The position numbers were made by a program, and so were the translations under genes. A stretch of DNA of 64,000 nt from Chrysomallon squamiferum. Taxonomy: Eukaryota > Animalia > Mollusca. The notes under the pieces were generated by a model, which was not told the origin of the DNA, searched no databases, and was given only the letters and a program-made list of their open reading frames with translations. The stretch covers positions 15,562,001 through 15,626,000 of the forward strand of contig CM022674.1 in NCBI GenBank assembly GCA_012295275.1, read 5' to 3'. This document shows positions 41,181 through 62,809 of the stretch, in pieces (position 1 is the first letter of the stretch; each line of letters opens with the position of its first letter).

Positions 41181-41959
41181 CTGCAAAAGAGAAAAAGACA
41201 TTTGGTCTCGAAAGATTCATAATATTTACAGATATTATTGATTACTTCTCACCTATTTGGAGATCAACTATTTCTTTCATAAAACTACAGATGGCTGTTG
41301 AAAGTCAGTTGTTTGTTTCCAACACTACGGAAATATATCATATAATCTTCCCTTTACAACTGTAAATCAATCATTTATTTAATTAGCATGAGAAAATATT
41401 AATCAAATATATATCACTGATTATTTATTTAAAGATAATATTTATTCAATTGATTATTTATTTAAAGATTAAACATCGATCATTGAATATTTATTTAATG
41501 AGTAGTCTTTCTATTAGTTGTATATTTGTAAAACCCCATATTTCACAACCATACAGTAAATCAAGTATTCAGTCGATGGAGAGATTATTCTGACGATTTT
41601 TAGCTATTAGGCTATACATAGCTTTCACTGCTTTTTTATACAGTTGTCTAACGTTGTAAGTGAATAGACCGTTTCTTCTAAAATGTATGCCAAAATATTT
41701 ATATTTATCTATAATCTCTCCATCAAATTTAAATATATAATCACTAGTTTTTCTCCTTTTACTGAATATTCAGTTTAAAGCTGGTCAAAAGCATACACTT
41801 TATAGCCAAGAATATTAATGTTATCAGTCTTATCTGTTTTTGTTTCAACTTAACATATTATATCATACTTACTAATGGTTTCAGTACATATAGTATCTTT
41901 GAGCTTACTTACAAACCGCACACGTTAATCTCTATCCTTTTTAAGACATAAGGGCTTAC

Positions 41960-42580
41960 TCCTTTATGAGTTTTGTTTGGGGTATTTTTACAAATGAGAT
42001 AATTTTTGCACTGACTGAATTGGCTTGTCTTGGTGAGATTTCAAATCTCCGAGATCTTTTTTATTCCTTTCAAACCGACTGTTAATATAATTCATACCCG
42101 TTTCCACATCTTGAACTTTTTTCTTAATATCATTTTGCCACTGATATCTTATACAGTTATTTCCATACTGAATAAGTCGTTTTCCGATGATATCCAATTG
42201 TTCCAGTTGATCACACATTATATCTAACTTTGTAGTCAAAGTATCTGATTTTATACTGACATCTTGATTGTGCACAACTAGTGAAATTAAACCAGAATAC
42301 TGACCGTGAGATCCATAGTGCTGTCCACATTGTCCATACTGTGACTGCTGAGACTGTTGGGTGGCGGCTTACTGTTGAATTGGTGTTGACTGATAAAATG
42401 CTGCAGATGAACATTTAAGGTCATTTGACATTTGTGTATTTTGACATCCTGAGTATGATCTCTTCTTGACCAGCTTGGCTACTGTTTACCTTTATTTTCT
42501 GTTCACTTTCTCCACTTATATTTTTACTCTTATGTTTTTCTCTTTTTACCTTTTCTCATTTTGATGTTGCATACTCAGGT
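41960..42580 (-). pseudogene. Disrupted upstream exon(s), possibly the PARP N-terminus (Q/G/Y/S-rich segment then coiled-coil-like region)
   Basis: The frame reads QQSQQSQYGQCGQHYGSHGQYSG into ORF 41988-42275, with in-frame stops and a minus-strand gtaag donor near 41960. Confidence 0.4.
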
Positions 42581-44379
42581 ATCTTTAGAAATAATTTACT
42601 TTGAAAAAATGGATAAAATCCCTTTAATACTAATAAACATTATCTATTTTCACACAGAGATAAGAGACACGACTTTCATTTCCACAAGATGCTTTTGTTT
42701 TCACTTTCAGGAACAGGAAGTCAGATTAACAAAATATTTTGTCTGATTGGATGTGCAAGTCACGTGATAGTGAGGTTGTATTAACCTGTTGTTTTTATTG
42801 GGATTAGCGACTTGTGAAATAACTAACGTTCCAGTATCACCAGTAATTTAACTGCTTTGTTTAAACTTTGCGGGCTTTTTTTTTTTTTTTTTTGACTTCT
42901 GGTAAATCGTAATGGGGATCAATTGCTTAATTATTTCCTAAGCTGATTGTGCAACAAGTGGGAAGATGAATCCATTATTTTATACCATATACAGGACATC
43001 TGATTACCAGTTAATTCGACCATGACCTTTCTTTGTTATATAACAAATTGATGTGTAACAAAAGTCAGTGTATCCATAAAAGTAAACCTTGATTCTATTA
43101 TTTTGAATACTCACTGAGAAATAATTGTTATTAATGAGTGTGTGTGTGACCAATATAACTTAGCTAAATGATTAAATACTAAATTTGAATGGTGTTGAAA
43201 TATATTAATTTAGAGTTTAATGTTTCACTAGTTTGTTTAGGTTTTTGGATTATTTCATTATAATGGTAATTAATAATACGGAGTGTATTTAATGTTGTTA
43301 ATAATTAACATAATAAATATGTTTTATAAAATGTAATTATGTTTGTTTTCTTTGATACATGAGCTATATTTCCTGTATTCAAGAAAAACACACTACAATG
43401 GAATAATGCATTGTACGAGTTCTTGTGACTCCTCTGACATCCACTAGTGACATAGTGTTTGTAAGGGAGACAGCAGTCTGCTCTTTAATATCTAACCTTA
43501 AGAATTATATAAGCTAAGTGTGACGGAGAAAGCAGTCTCCTGTTTAATATGTAATAGACGTTAGATTTTTCCTAAAACTTGTATAAGCTATGGTGAGGTG
43601 TTGTTTTGGGGAACCTTGACACCTGTGTCTCCTAAAGTTCCAACCAGTCTCGACTCCATCTGGGACATCTATGTTAAAAGAGCCGCTGTGTGGTCTTTCT
43701 GTAATAATAACAGAGATCGTGTTTTGTTTGGGGCAATCAGTTTTTACACCGTACAGAACAGACGTGTGGCTAACCCTCAGATGGACAGTTACATAGATCC
43801 AGCTGACTCAGATAACTATAAGTTTTTAAGGCTCTGTTTGAGCAACTCAAAGGCAGTTTGATGTGGTTTTCTAACAAATATCATTTGATTACATATAGCC
43901 TGAAGTAGTATAATCATTAGTTGGAGAATGGCTGATAATCTGTAATCAGACCAATCAAAGTAAGTTGTAATTATTATCTCTTAAACAGCGGGTAGAATAG
44001 TGAGACATCTGATCATCCTGCTAAGTAGTAGGTTATTTTCATTTACTTGCATATTCAAATACATCTTAGGGTTTGGTATTTTTCCTTGAGCGATAAACAT
44101 ATTTAATATCCCCCGTATGTTCTTTTATGTGGTGAGAGTAATTTTATGGGACGAAGCTGTAATCGGCTGTGTAAGCATTGTAAACTTCTGGGTAAATAAC
44201 TATTATTAGATCATATAATACATACATTCTTTCGATCCACAATTGTGTTGTTGTTTCTGGTGATTTAAAATTGGCTAAATATAAATTCGTATGTGACCTT
44301 GTTCCCTGAATAGCTATCTACCTGATACAGGGAGGTCTGTATGTATAGTTAGTGGTAATTTGGGGGAGCAGTGTTACGG

Positions 44380-44461
44380 CTGTTACGGGGTTCTAATTTG
44401 GTCACGTGACGACTGTGTTAATTACGGGTCGCATGTGACTGCGTTAGACGCCCCGTAACAG
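44380..44461. repeat. Imperfect GC-rich hairpin (~80 bp)
   Basis: ctgttacgggg pairs with ccccgtaacag, tctaa with ttaga, and gtcacg/cgac with gtcg/tgtgac. Confidence 0.75.
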
Positions 44462-44649
44462 TGTTACATACCAGCGAGTCTGGTAACTCTACTAATGTAC
44501 AAGTAAATTGTGGAATGATTTAACTAAAAAAACAGACATAGTTTATTATGTTAATTTCCTCCAACAAGGTAATAAGTAAATTATTCATGTATATTCTGAC
44601 ATTTTCCTGCATTTTTCACATGGACATATTTCTGTTCTTTGTATATTTC

Positions 44650-47250
44650 AATGTATAGTGTCTAGGGTTGGTCTATCTTAAATGTAATGTTTGGTTTGTG
44701 TCAGTATGTGCGAATGCTGATGCCAAACAGTAGCACAGAAAATATCGCGGTCGTCCACCGAAGTGTTGACAGTGTTCAAGGTAAAGTTTTGGACGTTTAG
44801 AATTCTGAAATATATTGGACTGCAAGGCAGAAGCCAACAAAGACTGGATGATGTTTCAGAAAAATGGAAAACCAAACTGTGGGGGTGCAAAAATTGGCAG
44901 CGGTAGATTGTATGAAAGTGAAAAAATATTAAAGGAAGATAAAGAAGCCAATTGGTAAAAAATTAAATATAACAATATCAGAAATGTGCGCCAAATCAAA
45001 ACAGAAACCTGATTATTTTAAGAAACAAGGTACTTTTCAGGAAGCAGTCAAAAGTTAAATTGAAACAAGAAACCATACCACTAAAATAAAGAACGAATCC
45101 AACCTAGTGCATGATCACAGCTGTGAATGTGAGAGAAATGTAAAAAATGGTGACATAGACGTCACTGATACAGGATTCATATGGAGACCCATGAAGTATT
45201 TTGACAACACCTGCTGCGTTAATGCAGTGATGCAAGCCCTAGCAGCAAGCGATTTGTATGGTTAATTCTTTATAAAAACAAATGTGAACCTCTAACTGTA
45301 TATTCTGATACTTATGTAACATTACGAGTTCAATTAGTAGAAGAAAGTGTACTGCAAGTACTGCAACATTTGAAAGATGAAAATAAACACTGCGAAGAGG
45401 TACCTGATGATATTTTACACAAAGCTGTATTAAATGTTGCTTACGCAATGGGAACAAATATTAATGGTCACCAAAATGTTTATCATTTTTTTTTTTTAAA
45501 AGTATATGCAATATACTGAAAGAGTTCAAGGTAATATTATTTTATGACGTTCGTATATTTGTTTACAGTGAAAATCAGGAAAAATAATCATGCACATTTC
45601 ATAACATGTCAACTTTATGCAATGGGTTACAGTTCTGTACAACAGTTATTTGATAATTTTCTCAAATCAAAGACAGTAGAAAAGATTTGCATATTGTCAC
45701 ATAATAAATGTTTATTAATGAACTTTTAGTTTCTTTCCCTTCAACTCTTATTTTCACAATTCACAGATTTTTATTTGATGAGTGAATACATGAGAACAAA
45801 TTCAAATTATGTTCAAGTTCCTCACAATTTGTTCATAAAAAATAATGACAAGAGTAAAAATATCGAACAAGCAAAAAGCATATATCATCTGAAGAATTTG
45901 TTTGAAACCAAAGAGATTCCTGTCACCAAGGTCACAATACCACACTTATTGAACATTGTGGTCAGTTTGTTTCATGTGATTATAATTATCTGTCTTTTTC
46001 AACTGACAACTTTAATCATACATGCATGCTACATGTTATTCTGTCATAGAGTAGACAAACATCTGCCATTATTTACTCAATCTGTTATTAATGTTTGGTG
46101 CATCAGCAGTGGTTTCAAAGGTATAAAACGTGACATTCAACTCTGTAAGAACATTTTTTTCTAATTCCAGGATAATTTGAACTAGGGAACAGAAAATGAC
46201 ATCAAATTATATATTTGGCACAAAATACAAAAACATGAAAGAATTTCAATGTTATAGGCCATGTGAACGTTTATATTTGAATTTAAACCATATATTTAAG
46301 ATCAGTATTTTTGCTACACCTACTATTGCTGAGAACTATAAAACACTACATTTAAAGTATTATTCATGCAAGGAACGTAATGAAAATTATGTATGTTCTG
46401 ACATTTTTTCATTGTTCAGGTCAATGCATTTTCTAATCAGGAAGTCTCTAAACATATCATGAAGGCAAGTAACAGCAGTGAACAGTACGTGGGTTTGAGT
46501 GAAGTCACTAAACATATCATGAAGGCAAGTAACAACAGTGAACAGTACCTTTGTTTGAGTGAAGTCAGCAAACATATCATGAAAGCAAATTTATACAACA
46601 GTGAACAGAACCTGGTTTGACCGAAGTCTTAGTAGTATCAGACTGTAGAAATGTTAGACAACAAAGAAACGAACCAAATAACATTACATGACATGAAAAC
46701 TGCCAGAACTTGATGGACCATCATACAGGCTTAATTCGTCTGTTGCAGAAAAGAATGGAAAATGGATTCTTGTTTTTGTGTGAAGTTCATAGTTTGGAAA
46801 TTAAGCATTGTGAAATGAAACCTGTAAATGACATAAATGTAACAGATTTACAAACATGCAGATCATTGTTATCATTTGACGACAAGAGTATAATAAACAG
46901 TGTATCATTAAAGATATTACGTTTTAGTATGGAAAAATTGAGTGAGAGATAAAGAGAACACTTCATTGATTACAATCCAATAGCGATGCAAACATTGGTA
47001 TATGTTGTTAGCACTCAAATTGACTGTATAACTGTCATAAACCACATTCTTCTACATGATAGCTGCCTGAATTGCAGCCACATCAATGTATTCATATCTG
47101 TTCTAAACAAAACACCTGAAAAATCAACATATTCATATAGTAGATTCTGGTTGGTTTGGTCAGAAGATATTTGTGAACGGTGATAGTGACCAACCCAGAT
47201 GGACATTTCACTTAACGGAAAGTAAATGTAAAAGAAAGCCCTACAGGAGA
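44650..47250 (+). pseudogene. Decayed intronless ORF with ubiquitin-specific protease (C19)-like motifs, probably transposon- or virus-borne
   Basis: DNTCCVNAVMQAL (45203-45241), HQNVYHFF (~45468), FPSTLIFTIHRF (~45735) and LIEHCGQ (~45944) occur in canonical USP order. Many stops and frameshifts. Confidence 0.55.
46441..46626 (+). repeat. 60-bp tandem repeat x3
   Basis: gaagtcNNNaaacatatcatgaaNgcaa...agtgaacag...tttga begins at 46441, 46501 and 46561. Confidence 0.9.
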
Positions 47251-47391
47251 CTTATCATAAGTTATTCTGCCAGCACTTGCTCCACTGATTACTCCATTTT
47301 AAAAAATAAATACTGACCTACACAGAATAGGAAACAATTGTTAATTTTTTTTTACTATTTTACACCTTTCCCACCTTAAAACGTTTGCCAT

Positions 47392-47538
<147 letters not shown>

Positions 47539-48143
47539 ACACATTACTGATCTCAGTACTGAATTGCCTCTGTTACTGAGATCCCTCAGTAGTAACTGAG
47601 CCAAAAGTACCCGAGGTTGAGCGAAGTCAGAGAAAAATAACAGAGAGGCTAGTAGGATATGGGAATTACTATACTGACCGCAACCTGTCCTTGATGATGT
47701 CTGAAACTGCATCAGCTGTTACATTCAAGTGAGAGGGCACATACTGCTCTTTCTCAGTGACAGGATCAGAACTAAATGTTTACAAAACTGATTCTCATTA
47801 TTGTGGAGATCTTTAGGGGAATTTAATACCTGAGTTTCGGCTATGACAGTGGGAAAATCTATGTTGTTTGGATGATCACCAGACTGGATATTTCAAGATA
47901 TTCCTCCGGATAATTTATTATGATATAATCTTTACGAACAAATGAATATACTTAAACACTGTACATAACAACGTTAGCTAACAAACTAGATGAAATGTGA
48001 AATAATTATTTGATGTGGTTAATATACATATATTTATGTTGTCTACTTATAAACCAACCAAATAACAGTTATTGCAGTGGGTATTAATAACAATTATCAC
48101 CTTTGTTTTCGTTCCTGGTATTATAATTTATTGTTGTTGTCCC

Positions 48144-48201
<58 letters not shown>

Positions 48202-49199
48202 CAGTATTATTATACAGTATTATTATACAATATTATCTTTAGTTACCTAAATATTTTTTATGACAGTATTTATTTGTTATCACAGTGGCTTAAAGTAGAC
48301 CAAATTAAGAAGTAACTAAACAGATGTCGGTGAATATAGACGAAGCAAACGACCAATATAATTCTTGCGATCAACGTCAGGGTAATATATTTTGATGGCT
48401 ACTAGGCATTGGCAGCGCGCGCCCCTGAGAAACAAGGATCGATAGCTTTTCCTCGCATCCACAAAGCATGGCCGCTTTTGAATGAAACAGCTAATTTTTA
48501 ATACTGTATTTTAAAATTCAAAAGAAACAGTTTCTATTTCTATAAAAAACAGTTTTTCAAAGTTGGATCTAGTGCTTTGCCAATAAAGTTTTGTCTGGAT
48601 CTTGTTAAGAGTCAATTTAGACCACCTAAGTTGTCAAGTTCGTACTCTTAGGGATTTGGTTTCTGGCAATTCTAGCAGGGATCTTACCATCTATAGAAGC
48701 CACCAACGGCAGCCTTGCAAGTGTGGACCATTGCAGATTCCTTCCGTATGAACTGGGTGATGGGTTTGCAGTGTTTTTTGTTATTCTCACGTGTTTCGCT
48801 CTGTGTATCTGTTTCATATGCACCCTGGATACCATGCTGTTGCCGTCGACATCGTCGGTGGCAAACAACGGAGTGAATCAGATGGCATATTCGAAATACA
48901 ACGAACTAACGTTTTCCTAAGATCGTTGTCGATTGTTAATGTGTGTGTTTACCATCTGTGCTTGCAGCAACCATCTTCCGTATATTGTATTAGTAGTTTT
49001 TATTATTCTATTTAAATTTTGTCTTCAATAACTCCAGCTTTGAAATGTTAACATCTGTGTTAAATTAGAAAATAAATTATATTTATAAATATGTCCATGT
49101 ATTTACTTATTATTTATGTTTGTAACTGTATATATGCATGTATGTATTTTATGATTTGAATATTCTCTGTCTTATGTACATTTGATTAGACTCTGCATA

Positions 49200-49350
49200 T
49201 AGACAATATTCGGTTACGCACTGGTTCAGGAAACAAAGTCCAGTCATGACCTCACAAACTCCGTCAGATGCCGCTGAGGAAACTTGAACGTATGACACCC
49301 ATTCGCCCGTACTCGGAAGGCGCATGATGTTACCGTTCCGCTATCGAGAC
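49200..49350 (-). mobile_element. Possible degenerate tRNA-derived SINE head
   Basis: The minus strand has A-box-like tagcggaacggta and B-box-like gttcaag within a short GC-rich patch. Confidence 0.3.
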
Positions 49351-49584
49351 AACAACAAAAACACACACACACAAACAAAATGATTGTTCACGTATCCCAG
49401 TATGTATGCATGTTTCCATGCATGTATGTATGGATGGATGGATATGTTTGCATCTCTTTCTAAATGAATGGTTATACATATTATGTGTCTGTTGATGATG
49501 AATATTATATTAGTTTATTGTTATCATTATCATCGTCATCGGTAATATCATCGAGCTAAAAGTAGACAACAACAACAACAATAT

Positions 49585-49619
<35 letters not shown>

Positions 49620-50586
49620 ATAATAATAATAATAATACAAATAATAATACAAACAACAACAACAACGACGACGACAACACTATATGTTAAAAGCCTACAG
49701 TAATTACAAATAAATATTTCACTTTTTCAAGTTATGACTACTTTCTATGTTGTGACGTCATTGTAACATATGTCCGCTATCTCAGTACACAGCCACGCGT
49801 ACGGCAGCTGTCGTTATGTAGATGAGCAGTGGAGTGTGTATACTGAACATATTTAGTTTATTGTCAAATACAAGTAACTGAACAGTTAGACATAACAAAA
49901 TAATCAGAATAAATTAGTATTTTAACAAACACATTTGTGATAAATATGTAGAGAGAGAAAGAGAGAAATTGTTTTACGTATGCGTCATACAAATAATAAT
50001 ACACCAATACATTTGTATATACATAGCTATAGTTACAAGTAAATTGAATATATACATACAGAAAGAGAAAGAGACAATAACGTAATGAAATAATGTATAT
50101 GTACAAATATATAGTGTGCACAGACAGACAGTTTATACGTGGAGATAGACAGGCAGACACACAGACAGACAGGTAGGTAGGTAGATGGATAGAGACAGAC
50201 AGACGCATATACACAAAACTACCTATACATACACAAAAAATACACCATATATCGGAGAATACGACTATAAAATAATGAAAATATTGTATTTAGTTTATTC
50301 TAGTTTTTCCAGATTGTCATATGCAGATAATAATCACAGCACACAGCTTAATATTTCTGTAATTGGCATTTTAGCTTTATAATTAAATTAAAATACTGAA
50401 GACTGACTTCAAAATGTTTGTAATTATTTTTTCGTGCAGTGATGTTGCTGCTGGTTTTATGTTGTTCATTTTGTTTTCAAATTTCTTGTTTATTTCTTCT
50501 TATTTTTCGTCTTCATCATCATCATCGTCGTCGTTATCATCAGTGTTATTATTATTATGATCCTTTTTACAAGCACTTCTCCTATT

Positions 50587-50648
<62 letters not shown>

Positions 50649-51103
50649 GCTACTGCTACTACTACTGCTATCACCATCATCATCGTCATCGTTATGCATC
50701 CTAACACAAAAACTGCACAAGGTGGATCTCGATTGTATATTTAATGTCTCTTGAGGATTGTACATGATAGACAATTATAGTAGATCATTATAGATGATAG
50801 TATCGTAATTGTTATGCAGAGAATTGGCCAAAACGTCTTTCTCTCTTGCCAGATATTCTCTCTTCTTTGTTGAACTCTCTTTCACCCCAGTCACACAGGT
50901 AACATCCCACACCACTGACCAATACTAGCATATTATTACTGGACCTTAAAACAGCCTCAGTGACAGTGTTTCCCATATGTTAATGTCCGATGTCTCTCTG
51001 AGGAATTTTCCAAGTTCTTTGAGTCTAAACAAAGAGAAATAATGTTATAAAGTATAATCTACAAATATCATAAACAAAAAACACAAAAGAAAAAAAAAAA
51101 AAA

Positions 51104-51134
<31 letters not shown>

Positions 51135-51639
51135 ACAAAAAAAAAAAAAAAAAAAAAAAAAAAACTAAAATAGTTGTGTTTGAAGTAGATATCATTTCAG
51201 TCATTGCCATGAGCATAGCAGTCGGCTCTTTGAAGATAAATGACAGATGAGCTAGACGTATTGCTGCCTTAATCTATTATACTTATCGTGTTGGAATTCC
51301 ACGTTATTAGGTATTTCTGTGACTCAAAACACTGCTTACGTGTTTCATTGTCTTTAGCGTTAATGTAACACTAAGTCTGATCAAAACATCATCATTATGT
51401 AAATGGGACAAATTTCTCATCTTTGACCTGCACGTTTGTTATTGCTGCCAGGTTATATGGATTTCTATTTATACGTTTTGTTGTACGCTGACCCGGTGTC
51501 AGCAAGGCCCTTGCTACGTTTTGTACATGATGTGATGCTGTTATATAATTTGCGAAAAATTAATTTGGATCATCATCCGCACTCGATGATGGTCATTTCT
51601 GGCACTGTCTGACTGATGTTCAACCCCATTCAAAAGCAC

Positions 51640-53900
51640 CTTTTTATATCCTTCCATCTTGATCCAGCATTTCAGTGACTCTGTACATTTAACTTCTCAA
51701 TGGTCTTGACTCTTTTTCCTGTCCTGGAGGTTTCAGTTCCTCAGCTATAAAAGAGAATCAATAAGCTGTGAAATGATGTTATAACTTCCATAATTTCATT
51801 ATACTGTACAACTATGATAGTTGCCTAAGTGACTTTTCTTCCATCACTCTGGACAACTTTTCTGATTGTTTGTAGAACGTCTGTATGAGTAGCAGTATTT
51901 GTCAAAGCAGCTTTCATTTAAGTAGACGTCTTTCCTTGAAATGTCTTCCTGTATAGACCACAGACATTCTTACTGTGTTGCGCTGAACAATATTTCATAT
52001 CGAAATTAAATGCTGCCAGCTGAGACACCCGTCTCTGCTCCTAATTTTACTGTATCGAGATGACTTTGTGGATTGTTCTCTTGATATAGGGTGAATTTAT
52101 GTCAAAGAAGATAATCTTTAAACTGTTCCGTTACAACCCAATTCAGAGCAGCAAGCTCTAACTTCATGGAACTGCAATTATTCATGCTCTTCTCAGTGTG
52201 TCTTAACAAACGGCTTGCATCTGCAGACACTTTGCTTTGCCCCTTCTTCTCCTGTGACTATACCCGTCCAGGGCTTTGAAAAAATGCATCAGTTTCCAGA
52301 ATTGGAGCTGAGTATAACTTTTTTCTTTAAAGTTTCGAAAGCTTGTTGACAACTCTCATGCCAACCACTGTTTAACAATGATTGATTTTTCTTATCTCGT
52401 AACCTGTTCGCCAAAGAATTCATAGGTCTTGCAATATGTAAGCATCCTTTAACATGTCGTCTATAGTAACTGGTAAACCCGAAAAACAACATGAAGTCCT
52501 TTGCTGTCTTTGGAATTTTCCACTCAGCAACTGCTTTTATTTTGTCTGGATCTGTAGCTACCCCATCTCTAGATACCATATGTCCTCGATATTTCATTTC
52601 TTTCATAAGTAAACAGAATTTGGTTGGTTTCAGTTTGAACCCATGCTGTTTTAATATTATAATACCTGTGTTTGTCTCTGTATGTCCAAATCAAATAAAT
52701 TTACAGAAAGTACAGGAACATCTAAAATGTCAGCTCTCTGAAGTAATGTTTCAGGAGAGTTTGAAATGTGGCTGGTGCTGTTGGTAAACCAAAAGGTATT
52801 TGACTGTATCAAAACAAACTCATTGGAGTCGTGAAAACTGTGTTGTCCTTGTCTTTATCCTGAACTGCAACCTGGTTGTATCCATTGGCCATATCCAATA
52901 GAGTGGTTTTCAGCAGCCTGTGTGTAGTCCATACACAAAAACGAATTGTGCTGTCCATTTTTCTCACTATAAGAACAGGAGATGCATATGGGCTTTGGCT
53001 AGGTCGAATTACATCTTGTTTTATATATTTCTTGATGCGCTCTTGAACTTCCTGATACTCAATGGATGAAATTCTTCAGTATGTGTGTGCGTATGTGATT
53101 TCTTACTGTGTCAGAAAAGCCCAAATCAAGGCCATCTTTAGCAAATACATCAGATTATTCAGACTGAATCTAAGACACTTTTCGTCTATTAGACTGTCTG
53201 TAGACTAGTTCTCCAGCTCTGATGTTGAGGCCTGTTAGTCAATTTCCTTAAGACATCCTTACCAAGGTCTTCAGCAAACACTTCTCCACATTCGCTAATA
53301 ACATTCATCCTTAATATACATGCTACTTGTTCCCTCCGTAGACGTGGGGTTCGTTTTTGTGTCTGTTCACAGCAAAGATTCCTCTATCAGGAACTAAACT
53401 GCCTTGTTCTTCGATGTTCAAGTTAATATATTCATTGAAGGAAATATCCTGTCCGCTGGCATCCTTAAGCGAGAGCCATCCTTGTTTTGTAAGGAGTTCA
53501 GTATACACAGTGGAGCAACGTTATTGTGTAAGAAATCCTCGTTTACTACTGACCCAGTATTTAACAAAATCAACTTGCACACCTACGACGAGCAGTTGAA
53601 CTATAGGACAGTCAGAAACAGTTCTGCTAAATTCTCTCCTGGAAACAGTATGAGGCTGCGTTTTTTCTGTACACTCTAGACAATAACAGAATCATCTCAG
53701 TGATTCATCTTCCTTCTGTGATCGTCCAAAAAAAATTCTGAAATTAATGCACTGATGATCTAACTTTAAACATCTTTTGCAAAATCTGGTAAACCACTTC
53801 TGGGTTTTCTTGGTCTTATTGTGATCTCAACCTAATTTCTTTTTTCGCTTTCAGCTTCAAAGTGAGCTGATATAAAACTCGTCTGCTCCTTTTCTGTAAG
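51640..53900 (-). mobile_element. Decayed Ty3/Gypsy LTR retrotransposon pol relic (protease, RT, RNase H)
   Basis: Minus strand: LLNTGS protease-like motif (~53550); RPSQSPYASPVLIVRK (~52990); KYRGHMVSRDGVATDPDKIKAVAEWKIP...FFGFTSYYRRHV...CQQAFETLK (52289-52606); ELAALNWVVTEQFKDYL RNase H motif (~52110-52165). Frameshifted, and no LTRs were identified. Confidence 0.9.
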
Positions 53901-54037
53901 TATTGTTTTGAAGTTTTAAAAGGGATCCAGGTTACAATTTGTTGATTGTAAGTAATTTTTCATTTTGTTTAATAATCTGAGCGTATGTTCTACACAGATC
54001 TTCTTTATTATCTCTGTTCTTCTTTAAATTCGATTTG

Positions 54038-54116
<79 letters not shown>

Positions 54117-54136
54117 TATTTCAAAGCTCGATAACA

Positions 54137-61343
<7,207 letters not shown>

Positions 61344-61535
61344 TAATGGTTGCTGTTCGGTAAGCGTAGAATGTATTTAGTATTGAAATAAAAGATGAAA
61401 ACAGCAGATTTCAGATACGATTTTATTTTATTTTACATCCCGTACATTTTTATTTCATTTCATTTTATTTTATTCTATTTATTTATTGCTATCTTTATTA
61501 TTAAAAACAAGGAACTGTTTAATGAATTGCTCAAG

Positions 61536-61573
<38 letters not shown>

Positions 61574-62516
61574 GTCTACACAACAACAAAGAAAAACAAA
61601 AAAACAACAACATTTTTATCCAGAAGTATTAACAACGTTTTAAGACACTAAAAATGACTAAACTGTTGATTAACAGAAAGAGTGTTCTATGTTCACAGGA
61701 CACCACATACAACAACCGTTTATAAACTCACTGATTAGTAATAATCCAGTGATCCAGAAAAACAAAGCTGAACCTTACCTCACTTGTTTGATTCATTAAT
61801 TAAAATATTATTTTCTATAACTAATTATTTGAACATAGTTAATTAATAATTACATATTCTGTTACAAGTGACCACACAACATTTGCCACAGTTTCTTTTT
61901 GAAAGCAAACTTTGGGGTTCACTGATTCTATGAGGATAAGGACAGGAGGGATAGATGTCCAAGTGTTAATAATAATAACAGATTTACATAAGATTAAACA
62001 ATGGGGGTAATACTAGAATCTAATGATTAGATGTTTCAGGGTCTGTGTTGTGGTGTTTAGACTTGAAACTGCTCATAATAATTTAGACATAGACCACATT
62101 TAAACAATGAAATGTGGACAGTTTCAAACATTATTATTTTGCATTTCTGAAATGAATAAACTAAAGGTGTAAAGTGTGTGTTTTTTCATTGAATTGAGTC
62201 AGTACACTTTTCCAGTTACAGTATCTTGTTGTTTATGCTTGTTTTAAAGAAATAAATTGGTGAAATGATAAAAGTGTTTGTAATCAATTTTTGTATGATA
62301 TATCTGAAATGGGAAAACATTTCTTAGTTAACATTGTATATATTTTCCAATTAGTATTTGTTGGATATGGAAATTACACAAGACTCGAATATTAAATATC
62401 AGGAAATAGTTAAATTGTGGGATAATAAACTATTGTTATCAAAAATTATGAACAGTCCTGTCTCCTACACGATAAGTGTTTGAGAGAAAAAAAAAGAGGG
62501 TCCTGAGTTATCAATA

Positions 62517-62580
<64 letters not shown>

Positions 62581-62809
62581 ATGACGAAGAAGATAAATAA
62601 TGTAAAGGGTACTATAAGAAGTGACTTAGGGATTTTGATACCATGTATCAAGATATCTGAGATCTATTATATAATTCTACATGATAATTACATTCGGCTG
62701 AGATCATAATCCCTGTAATATAATGTTTTGGTATATCCTAATTACCCATGCACCACTGAAATGTAAATCTTAATATATCTACGTAAACGATCTACGTAAT
62801 GTCATCACT

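Noticed and set aside
43400-43900. Possible solo LTR or ORF 43598-43861
   Set aside because: There is only a short ~35-bp imperfect direct repeat (43460/43520), and no partner LTR, PBS or protein motif.
48300-49015. CpG-richer patch with short ORFs on both strands
   Set aside because: It has no recognisable domain or splice pattern. It may be a promoter or TE fragment, but neither call is supportable.
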